Of a DNA stretch of 64,000 nt, positions 1 through 9,334 are shown in pieces. The notes beneath the pieces were generated by a model. That model had not been told where the DNA came from. It searched no databases and worked only from the letters and a program-made list of their open reading frames with translations. Numbering within the stretch: position 1 is the first letter of the stretch; every line of letters begins with the position of its first letter. Both the position numbers and the translations under genes were made by a program. Source of the stretch: Malacoraja senta. Lineage: Eukaryota. The stretch is from the NCBI GenBank assembly GCA_038087875.1, contig JAXLNO010000235.1:248001-312000 (forward strand), written 5' to 3'.

Positions 1-177
1 TGTGGATCCTGTGGAAGGTTAAAGTGAAGCTGAGATTTATGGTGTGAGCTGACTTATTCCAGCACTTTGTGGCGCAATGGTAGAGTTGCTGCCTTACAGC
101 GCCAGAGACCCGTGTTCGAACCTGACCACGCGTCATGCAAGCCATCATATCGCACGCGTCATGCAAGCCATCTTGAA

Positions 178-265
178 TGACCACCTAAACTGTCATTTGG
201 CAACCTAAAAAGCTGCCAAGGCTGCCCGGCTGGCAACAGGGAAAATAAGTTAAGCGAGAGCCCTG
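178..265. mobile_element. Possible terminal fragment of a hAT-like DNA transposon (also ~27192-27279, ~56230-56318)
   Basis: Ends in agcgagagccctg; the reverse complement CAGGGCTCTCGCT resembles CAGGG-type hAT TIRs. No partner TIR or TSD seen. Confidence 0.3.
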
Positions 266-592
266 CTCACACACACGCTCCCTCTCTCTCTCATACACAC
301 ACTCTCTTTCTCACACACACACGCTCCCTCTCTCTCTCACACACACACACTCTCTCTCATGCACACACACTCTCTTTCTCTCACACACACTCCCTCCCTC
401 CCCCCCTCTATCCCCTCCATCTCTCTCGCCCTTTCTCTCTCCCCCTCTCTTCACCATTTCATCTCCCTTTCATCCACGTGTACACACTCACACTCATCAG
501 CAAAGAGAGGGAAAAGAGAGAGAGAAAAGAAGGAGAAGAGGAAGCCAGAGAAGGGGAGAGAAAGAAAGAGGGAACGAGACAGAGAAAAAAAA
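266..592. repeat. CT/CA microsatellite followed by a GA-rich purine tract
   Basis: (CT)n/(CA)n runs at ~266-430 and an AG-rich tract at ~503-592. The array is longer in copy 3 (~56319-56510). Confidence 0.9.
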
Positions 593-594
593 TG

Positions 595-890
595 AAGGCT
601 GCCAGTAACTACGATGGCCGCCCAGAGCTTCACGTCCCTTTGACTTCAATGGAAGTGCCTTGACCAAATATGGCCGCCTCCCTGGGCATCGCTACCATTG
701 ACTTCAATGGAAGACTGCCAGTAGCTTAGATGGACGCCCAGGGCTTCACTCCCAATGGACTGAAATGGCAGACTGCCTGTAGAGAGGATGGCCACCTGCA
801 GCACCACAGGGAAATGCCAGCATCCAAATGGCCACCCCCGGCTTCACACTCATTGACTTCTGGCTGCCAGTAGCTAAAATGGCGGTGGTG
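595..890 (+). promoter_or_regulatory. Degenerate tandem array of YY1-like motifs (ATGGC core) with palindromic TTGACTTCAA elements
   Basis: gatggccgcc, tatggccgcc, gatggacgcc, gatggccacc, aatggccacc and aaaatggcgg recur at ~40-60 bp spacing, with repeated ctgccagta and ttgacttcaatgg. Function is inferred from motifs only. Confidence 0.45.
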
Positions 891-1102
891 AAGGGTGGGG
901 GGAGGGGGGGTGGGTTAGAAGGGGGAAGAGAGAGATGGGGATGGGGGGAACATGACTCTTTGGGGAAATGAGTGGAGAATAGATGGTGAACGTGGGAGAG
1001 AGATAGAAGGGGTAGAGAGAGGGAGGGGGGGGTGTATGCGTGCGTGTCTGGGGATTGCCTATTCACCAACCCCTCGCCCTTCTCCCCTCCCCTCGTTCCT
1101 TC

Positions 1103-1612
1103 TGTGAGGAAGGGGTTAATAGGTATGTTGATTTAGACAAGAACCCTTTGTATAGTAGGGAGTATAGTAGGGAGGATAGGGGGAGTGAAGAACGAGTACA
1201 GATGGTGACTTTTTCAAGGATGAGAACAAAGGAGATAAGGAGACCGTCCGGGATAGAACTAGGGTAAGGGTCATGAACAACTCTCTATGCGCTTGCGTAA
1301 TGAGATAAATGAATATTGCAAACACGCCCATCATGACAAGATGTCTCATTTAAATGTACATGCGATGTATGATCTGGGAGGCACCAGGGGCGGTACCTGT
1401 AGAGTGTGCACCTCAGTGCTCTGATTTGACAAGAGCCCGAAGGGGAGGAGTAAATGTAACAAATGTAAAATGATGTGAAGAAGAGAGATGAATTCCATCT
1501 CTCGGTGTCTTGACAGGGGAGACACCCAACTCTGCAGACTTGCTAATAAATAAACTTGTTTCTCTACATTCTCTAAGCATCGTGAGTGTTCTTTCACTAT
1601 TTGCGCCTGACA
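1103..1612 (+). mobile_element. Solo LTR (510 bp) with 4-bp TSD CTTC
   Basis: TG...CA ends, AATAAA at ~1545, CTTC at 1099-1102 and 1613-1616. Copy 3 has the empty site with a single CTTC at 57171-57174. Confidence 0.93.
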
Positions 1613-1692
1613 CTTCCCACCCTCTCGCTCTCTCTCCCTCTCGCCATCTCCCTCTCTCTCTCTCCATCTCTCTCTCTCGCTCCTCTTTTCCC

Positions 1693-2020
1693 GGCGGGCA
1701 TTTTGTTGTCAACCTCCATAGTTGGCCAATCTTCAATCCCTCCTTAATCTCACCCCTGGAGCCCTGCTGGCCCCAGGTTCTTCCCTGGGAGAGCGTCCCA
1801 TTGGGAGGGAGGGAGGGAGGAAGGGAGGGGCACGGAGGCAGACATGCTGGAGAAGCCACTTAACCTGATGGTGGCCATTTTGTTGTCAACCTCCATAGTT
1901 GGTCAATCTTCCATCCTTCCTTAATCTCACCCCTGGAGCCCTGCTGACCCCGGGTTCTTCCCCGGGAGAACGCCCCGTTCGGAGGGAGGGAGGAATTGAG
2001 AGGAAATGAGGGCACAGAGG
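1693..2020 (+). repeat. Two-copy ~180-bp tandem duplication containing GCCATTTTG (YY1-like) and GGCCAATC (CCAAT) motifs
   Basis: cattttgttgtcaacctccatagttgg(c/t)caatcttc...gagccctgctg...ggagggaggga occurs at ~1699 and ~1875. Confidence 0.85.
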
Positions 2021-2027
2021 TGGAAAT

Positions 2028-2470
2028 TGTGAGAAAAGGGTTAATAGGGATGGTTGATTTATACTAGAACTCTGAAAAGTATAACTTAGAAAGAAATAAG
2101 GTGTCAGCAGAAGCCAGACTGCTGGTAGAATAAAGTAACAATATACAGAACAGAGAGAAATTCTAGATAAAAAAGAAGCAAACAGATAGAAACTTCAGCA
2201 GAAGCCTTAGGAGTCTTTGACGTTGGGTGGACGTTCCAGGACGTTCTCGTGGGAATGTGGGCTTTATGTTATGATTGTAAGAAGCTCAATGTGGAGAGAT
2301 GAGGGTGTGACAATAGTGAAATGAAATGTATAAAGATAGAAAGCATCTCCATCTTCGTTGTGCCTCTAGGGGACAGCAGAGGAGAGGCACCTATTCTGCA
2401 GAATATTACCTTAATAAAAACTTATTTGCATGACTTTGTCTCTAAAGTGTTCGTGATTTTGAATCTCACA
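2028..2470 (+). mobile_element. 5' LTR (443 bp) of a defective class I ERV
   Basis: Terminal inverted repeat TGTGAGA...TCTCACA, TATAAA at ~2328, AATAAA at ~2413, directly followed by a PBS. Confidence 0.92.
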
Positions 2471-2473
2471 ATT

Positions 2474-2493
2474 TGGGGGCTCGGTTCCGGGAT
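2474..2493 (+). promoter_or_regulatory. Primer-binding site for tRNA-Pro (2-nt insertion relative to canonical)
   Basis: TGGGGGCTCGGTTCCGGGAT versus canonical TGGGGGCTCGTCCGGGAT, 3 nt after the LTR end. Also at 29488-29507 and 58026-58045. Confidence 0.9.
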
Positions 2494-2786
2494 TTAATTA
2501 CTCTGGACAGCTGACGGGAGTACACGGACGAAGAGAAGGTGCACCCCGCTGAGTTCAGCGGTCTCAGACTCCTTGCTTACCGTCAGAAGGTTTGAGCGAG
2601 TGATGCCCGGACCAAACAGAGACTCGGCAAAGAAGTGAAAGTGGTTGGAGATTAGTTGGAGATCGCGAAAAGTCAATCGAGCAATTTCTGTGCACAGAAC
2701 CCAGGTAGGAATAATGACTAATAAAGTACTTCCTGGGCGATTGAAAAGACCTTGTGCTTAACGCCCTGAAGGATTCAGGGGTCTGT

Positions 2787-3303
2787 ACCGGCAAGGCAAA
2801 CTGAAAAGGGAGGGGAAAAGCCTGTAGGCCAAATCCCCGCATTCTGCCCAATAGTCCGTTGGGGCAAATGCTGAACCACTGGGGGGCAGGAAATACCCAG
2901 GGGTTGGAGTAGACAACAATGATAAGGTATAGTCCGTTGGGGCAAATGCAGAGCCGCAGGGGGCCAAAATACCCAGGGAAGAGAGAAGACAGGGGCCGGG
3001 GTGGACGAAGATCACCCAACCACCAGGATGGGGAGTCAAAAGGTCGGAAGGGGAAGATAAGAAGATCGGTAGAAATTAGACCCCTGAGGGAGGTACCTAG
3101 GAGAGGACCCTGAGGGGGAAGGGGAATTGTTAAATAGCCTCCTTGAAGATCCTTTAGGTCTGACAAGAACAGTTAGATCAATTCCTTTTCACAGAAGGGA
3201 AAAACAAGTAGTAAAGATTATGTTGCAGGCAGTAGAAAAACAACAAATAAGGAACAGAGAGAGACAGGATGATGAGGGAGTTACTCCCGAAAGTAGCAGA
3301 TAA
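2787..3303 (+). pseudogene. gag: Internally collapsed class I ERV gag remnant (MA, CA-N and CA-C motifs only)
   Basis: Translated pieces GKAN*K...ILPNSPLGQMLNHW...MIRY, IRPLREVP, NSLLEDPLGL/EQLDQFL and EKQVVKIMLQAV resemble class I ERV Gag motifs (IPPDSPLGxMLxxW, PLREVP, LLxDPxGxAxQxDQFL, KQKAKIM). Broken by stops, frameshifts and large deletions. Confidence 0.75.
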
Positions 3304-4109
3304 GAAGACGGCAAAGGCCGGGGACAAGAGTGCAGGACAGGGAGAAAATATAAATTGAATAATCTATTTGAAGTAAGAACGGAACGAATGTGATTTGTAT
3401 GTAAAAACCGGTTTGGAACGAATGGTTGTAAGATGAAAGGTTGGAATGAGCAAGTTTTAAAATTGAACACAGACCCCCCCCCACCCCCGTGGCGGGGGCA
3501 AGAATTTCCACTGTAGTTAAAAATACTGCAAACCATCGGAGATTACGAACAAGCTGTAAAATTAACTCTTTGTATCCTCGTAACCTGAAAAAGGGAAGTT
3601 GTAAAAATCAGCTTTTGATTTTCTTTTAATGGTTTCTTGATGTTCTTTTAGATTTCTTATCAGTAAATTTAATTTGGAGAATTGTTACTAGTGCTAGGAA
3701 TTGGACATTTAAAATAATGGCGAATATGGATTGAAATAATTGGAAATAAGTTAATTGATGAAACATGACCAGCTTTTATGATTTGTTGTTTTATGGTAGA
3801 CATTCAAGTTGAGAAACACAGAGAGAGAGAGACACAGTTTCCAGGACATCCAACATTGTTCAGTTTGTGGATACCTGTTAAACCACTCTTTGACATGAAG
3901 TGAGACTGCAGTGAGGTCACCTACCTTGTGAGAAGAGACTGATGGTGAACGAGTACAGAGACTGAGTGACAAAGCTCCAAGCACGGCGACACACTGAGAT
4001 TCAGTCTCACAGTTTCTTTGGAAGGGCAAACACCCTTCCTCTTTCTATCCAGCTCAGGATTCACACACCATTTGTGTTGATAATGTTTGCGTCAGATTAA
4101 AAATCATCT

Positions 4110-5823
4110 TTTTAGGAGGTCCAGAACCTGGCAGCCTGGTGTACCAACAATAACCTCGTCCTCAACTCCAAGCAGACGAAGGAAATTATCGTTGACTTCA
4201 GGAAGACCAGAGGTGGCAGACATACCCCCATCCACATAAACGGGACTGAGGTGGAGTGCGTCTCCAACTACAAATGCCTCGGGGTACACATCTCAGAGGA
4301 TCTGTTGTGGTCCCTCAATACCACCAAATTGATCAAAAAGGCGCAACAGCGCCTTTACTTTCTGAGGAGGCTTAAGAAAGTGCACCTGTACCCCCAGATC
4401 CTGTCCAACTTTTACCGCTGTACCATCGAAAGCAGATATAGCGGTAGGGGGCGCTGCTCTGGCAGCAGCCATGTCAGCAGCGCGTCAGTTTTTTCAACCT
4501 TTTTTAATGTTTTCGTATGTTTTAAAGTATGTATTTAATGTTCCTTCGTGTGTTTAGTGTGGGGGGTGGTGTGGGGGGGTAAGGGGGAAACCGCTTCGGT
4601 CGCCTCCTCCATGGAGAGGCGACTTTTTCCAGGTCGGCTCCCCCGTGGCCTAACATCAAGGATCGGCGCGGCCTTTCCCTGAGACACGCCCGGGGCTTCA
4701 GCGGCGGGCGCAGCGTGAACTCTCGTTGTGGAGCGGGTGAGCCCTCGCTGGGGCTCACTGGAGAGGAGCGCTCCATTTCGCTGTCCCGGGGCTGCCGGCA
4801 GCCTGAAGTCGCGGTCTGCAGAGCTCCAGCTGGCGCGGCGTCTACAGCCCGGGATCCCTTGTGGGGTCCCGGGGGAAGAAGCCATCACTGCCGACCCGCG
4901 GCCAACTTCTACCGCGGGTCCGGCATGGACTTACCATCACCCCTGGAGGGGAGCTTCGACCGCCGGCCCTGCAGTCTACGGTACTTCTGGCTGCGGCGGA
5001 GTCTTTAAATCTCGACCGCCGGCCTGCGGCCTACACCATCTTAAAGCCGCGGTCTCCGGTGAGGAAGAGCCGATCCTGGACTGACTCTGGACTCTGGTCC
5101 TGTCCACGGGGGGGAAATGGAGGAGGACTGGCCAGATTTTGTGCCTACCACCACAGTGATGAATGCTACAGTGGATGTTTGTGTTACATTTTTATTGTGG
5201 TTGTGTGTTCTTTATTATTGTACTGCTGCTGACAACCCAAATCCACCGACCCTGGTTGTGTGGCAATAAATTATTATATCTATCCTGACCACCTGCTTCA
5301 CGGTATGGTACAGCAGCTGCACCACAGCTGACAGGAAGGCACTGCAACGGGTGGTGAAAACCGCTCAGCACATCATCGGTGCTCCGCTCCCTGCCCTGGA
5401 TGCCCTCCACCGAAAATGGTGTCTGAGACGGGCCGGGAAAAGCATCAAGGACCCCTCTCACCCTAACCATGGACTATTTGCCCTCCTCCCATCAGGGAGG
5501 CGGTACAGGAGCCTCAGGTCTCGCATAAGCAGGATGCGGAACAGCTTTTTCAATAACACCATTACACTGCTGAACTCAGAGTCCCGTCACTAGCTATCTT
5601 TAGACTCTCCCATTAGTATACAGTTATTTGCCTATGTATCAGTTTTAATTCATCCACAATCCACACATTGTTAACCAGTATTTTTATTTATTTTTATTGT
5701 ATGCTTATTTTGTATTTTTATTTTTACTACTACTCTCTTGCACTATGACCAGATGCTAAACTGCATTTCGTTTTACCTATACTCGCATTTGTGCAATGAC
5801 AATAAAGTTGAATTGAATTGAAT
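4110..5823 (+). mobile_element. 5'-truncated Rex1/Babar-type LINE split by a nested insertion (unit 2: ~31136-32849)
   Basis: RT C-terminal motifs KKAQQRLYFLRRLKK...YRCTIES stop at 4433 and resume at 5282 (ILTTCFTVWY...DPSHPNHGLFALLPSGRRYRS). 3' AATAAA plus (TTGAA)n tail. Confidence 0.88.
4434..5281 (+). mobile_element. GC/CpG-rich non-autonomous element nested in the Rex1-type LINE (unit 2: 31460-32307)
   Basis: Interrupts ...GAAAGC|ATCCTGACC... exactly. Ends with a LINE-like 3' tail (ggcaataaattattatatct). No recognisable coding motif. Confidence 0.7.
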
Positions 5824-6711
5824 CTTGTAAAAGCTAATTTGGACAAATCAAATGGGGAATTTCCTGAGGTCACAAATACATTGGATAAGTTTAGACGTGG
5901 AACCTCCTTGTATTAAATGCTATTAGTGGGTGGCAAATGTCTAAGATAATGGCAAACAAGGGAATCTGCTGTTTTGTAAGGAAGGAAACATGGTCAATAT
6001 TCACGCCTTGCAGCTATGTTAGAGCTTTAGCTCAAGTTCAAGTTCAAGTGAGTTTATTGGCATGTGTCCCTGATAGGAAAATGAAATTCTTGCTTTGCTT
6101 CAGCACAACAGAACATAGTAGGCATTGGCTACAAAACAGATCAGTGTGTCCATATACCATTATATGTTCATATACAATTATAGCAGTTTAAATCTATATC
6201 CAAATGTATCAGATCACGGTGGGTTTAGGGGGTTACAAATGAGGTGGATTTGAGAATCAGGATCATACATTATTTTCAAACTTAGTACAATATTGAATGC
6301 AATTTTCTCCCGAGCTTTTAATTTCACTCAAGGAGGAACCTGCAGGCAATATTTTCATTAGCATCCAAATAGTTCCTGCATCTTGCAGTTTTCTCCAAGT
6401 TCAACATCACAGAGTGCACCAAGACCTTCACAGCCTCTGAGAATAACCCACATAACCATCTTGCATTTCTGTAAAACAAACGTCACCATTTGAAGTGGTG
6501 ACGAGTGGGCAACAGAATGGCGAGGACGTTGAACATCCTCAATCAGTCCCAGAGGATTGCCGGAGAAATGGGAAAAATAAAATCCACATGAGCATGGATA
6601 CATTAGATTGACCAGAAAGCCCAAATGGGTAAAATGGCAGATGCTGATAATTTAGTTTCATTAAGTTTCTAGTGGAAACAATGGAGACAGAAATACATTG
6701 ATAAAGTTTCA

Positions 6712-6940
6712 TGTTGGAAGGAACTGTAGATGCTGCTTTAAACCGAATATAGACACAAAAGTAACTGGGCGGGAGTAACTGGGCGGGGCAGGCAGCATCT
6801 CTGGAGAGAAGGAATGGGTGACATTTCGGGTCAAAGAAGTCTGGGTCTGAAGAAGGGTCTCGACCCGAAACATCACCCATTCTTTCTCTCCAGATGCTGC
6901 CTGTCTCGCTGAGTTGCTCCAGTATTTTGTGTCTCTCTTC
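6712..6940. mobile_element. Head-to-head (palindromic) Penelope-derived repeat (unit 2: 33738-33966)
   Basis: caggcagcatctctggagagaaggaatgggtgacatttcgggtc is the near reverse complement of gacccgaaacatcacccattctttctctccagatgctgcctg. A similar sequence forms the 3' end of the Penelope element at ~59866-59955. Confidence 0.75.
6842..6879 (+). ncRNA. Minimal type I hammerhead ribozyme motif (unit 2: 33868-33905)
   Basis: UGGGU-CUGAAGA-A-GGGU(CUCG)ACCC-GAAA-C-AUC^ACCCA: CUGANGA and GAAA cores, 4-bp stem II, 5-bp stem I, NUH triplet. Confidence 0.65.
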
Positions 6941-7027
6941 ATTATTCATTACGTTTCTATGTCCTTGTAAAATCTAAAGCAGAACAGACTGGTACAGTCT
7001 AATAAATGGTTGTAGGAGTGGAATATC

Positions 7028-7445
7028 GAGATTCCTTCTAGCAGGCAAACCAGACCATTTCCAAAAGATTTGGTCTCCATTTATCGACTTACTACAAGTA
7101 TAAGGTGCAACAGAATTCTGAAAATAAATGGTTTCAGGACCTGGTGAGGGGGGAGGAAAAATACAAAGTTGGTTTATTCCTTTTAGCTCTTTTTTTAAAA
7201 GCTATTAATATATCTTCTGTTTTCTTTTTCTCTTTTTCTTTTTCTATGGCTTGTTTCTTAACTCTTTTTCGAACTTTTCATGTCTAAGGGTCTCTTTTGA
7301 TCACTCTTTCACACACTTACTATCTTATTTAATTCTCTTTACTTTTCTTCTTTTCAAAGTTTAATATATAAAGTGGTACAGGTAATGTATTATGTTATTT
7401 TGGCATATATTATTGTAATGTACACAACTAATAAATAAAATTAAA
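7028..7445 (+). mobile_element. L1-clade LINE 3' end (unit 2: ~34054-34471)
   Basis: RFLLAGKPDHFQKIWSPFIDLLQV* resembles an L1 ORF2 C-terminus, followed by a T-rich 3'UTR and AATAAA/A-rich tail. Confidence 0.7.
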
Positions 7446-7448
7446 TTA

Positions 7449-8088
7449 TATGGCCTTTATAACAAGAGGAGTTGAGTCTAGGAGCAAAGAGGTCCTTCTG
7501 CAGTTGTACAGGGCCCTGGTGAGACCACACCTGGAGTATTGTGGGCAGTTTTGGTCCCCTAATTTGAGGAAGGACATTCTTGCTATTGAGGGAGCTCAGC
7601 GTAGGGTCACCAGGTTAATTCCCGGGATGGCGGGACTGTCATATGCTGAGAGAATGGAGCGGCTGGGCTTGTACACTCTGGAGTTTAGAAGGATGAGAGG
7701 GCATCTCATTGAAACATATAAGATTGTTAAGGGTATGTACACGCTAGAGGCAGGAAACATGTTGCCGATGTTGGGGGAGTCCAGAACCAGGGGCCACAAT
7801 TTAAGAATAAGGAGTAAGCCATTTAGAACAGAGACCAGGAAACACTTTTTCTCACAGAGAGTTGTGAGTCTGTGGCATTCTCTGCCTCAGAGGGCGGTGG
7901 AGGCAGGTTCTCTAGATGCTTTCAAGAGAGAGATGGATAGGGCTCTTAAAGATAGCAGAGTCAGGGTATATGGGGAGAAGGCAGGAACGGGGTACTGATT
8001 GTGGATGATCAGCTATGATCACATTGAATGGCGGTGCTGGCTGGAAGGGCCGAATGGCCTCTACTCTTGCACCTATTGTCTATTGTCT
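7449..8088 (+). mobile_element. CR1 LINE 3' fragment (unit 2: ~34475-35114)
   Basis: ORF 7450..7998 LYRALVRPHLEYC...RTRGH...FFSQRVV..W..LP, CR1 3'UTR and (CTATTGT)n tail. Confidence 0.92.
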
Positions 8089-8204
8089 AAAGGTTATTGG
8101 AGGATAACAAATGTCAAGGGCATTGGGGAATGAGAGTATCTATTGTTGTGTAATGATGAGTATGTGTTAATCTTCTTGCATCTGTAGTGATGTTCTGATT
8201 GAGT

Positions 8205-8402
8205 TTAGTTTTGAGACACAGCATGGAAATTCCCTACTCCCTACACACTACAAGCAATTTATGGAGGTCCAGTAACCTACATCCCCACTCATTCGTGGCC
8301 ACAGGGAGCGTGCTATCTCCACCCAGAGAGCACCCGAGGTCAGGATTGAACCCTGGTCTCCGGCACTGTGAGGCAGCAGCTCTAACATCTGTGCCACTGT
8401 GA
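8205..8402 (-). mobile_element. Degenerate tRNA-derived V-SINE (HE1-like)
   Basis: The reverse complement begins cacagtggcacagatgttagagctgctgcctcacagtgccggagaccagggttcaatcc (A/B-box head) and ends in an (AAACT)-like tail. Confidence 0.7.
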
Positions 8403-9020
8403 TTTGGGTGGTTTGGCTGTTTAAAACGATGTGAGTTTTGGGTTGAGAACACAAACCAGTAGATGTGAAAAAAAATGCTGAATTTACTCAGTTATTCCAA
8501 TATTGAGTGCAATTATCTCCTGAGTTTCACACAAGGTAAACCCACCAGTCACCAGCCTCATCATCATCCAATTTCTTCTGCAACTTTCAGTTTTCTCCAA
8601 ATCAAACCGCACAGTTTGCACCAAGACCTTCACAACCTCTACGAATAAATCACGTCCCTTCCAGTTCAATTCAGTTTAGTTCAGTGTCACGTTCGTGAGA
8701 TAAAGAGAAAATCTTTTGCAGAATGCTAACCAGCCTGGAGAAAGACAAGTATAATTAATGCTATTTACAACTGAAGTTAGAATAGTTTCCAGTAACACAT
8801 ATTCAAGCAGATGACTGTGTGATGTTTGAAAGGTCTATGATAATGGCAAATGACAGAATCTTGTTGTTTTGTAATAAATGGAACGGTCAATATTCTTGCC
8901 TGTTCATGCTGTAGTTGGTCCGATAGATCAAACTAATATTCATTGCATCAGATCATGGTGGAGGTTAATGAGTTTCTCCTCAGTTCTGAATTTCACTCAA
9001 GGTAGAACCTCCAGCAAACA

Positions 9021-9250
9021 TTGGCGGCCATCTTGGTGAGGTCGGCGCCGTTGATTGGTCGGATGTCAGCGGCCATCGTAGTGAGGGCAGGTGAGATCGG
9101 CGCAGCTGATTGGTCGGATGCTGGCGGCCATCTTTGTGAGGGGTTGATGGTGGCCATCTTGGTGAGGACATGTGAGGTCGGCGCCGTTGATTGGTCGGAT
9201 GCTGGTGGCCATCTTGTTAAGGTCCCGCCGTTCAAGACGCCATCTTGAGA
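9021..9250 (-). promoter_or_regulatory. CpG-rich tandem array of YY1 (6x GCCATC) and CCAAT/NF-Y (3x GACCAATCA) motifs (unit 2: 36047-36276)
   Basis: ggcggccatcttgg-type motifs at ~9023, 9068, 9123, 9149, 9204 and 9237; tgattggtc at 9052, 9107 and 9188. All share one orientation. Confidence 0.55.
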
Positions 9251-9334
9251 AGGTACCAAAGGCCCACACACTTGTGTCCATTGTCCCCTCTAAACCTGTC
9301 TTGTCCACTCACCTGTCCAAGGGTCTTAGTTTAC

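Noticed and set aside
2564..3166. 200-aa antisense ORF present in several copies
   Set aside because: It starts at TTG, has no recognisable domain and is the reverse strand of the purine-rich gag remnant. The copies are too similar for its persistence to imply selection.
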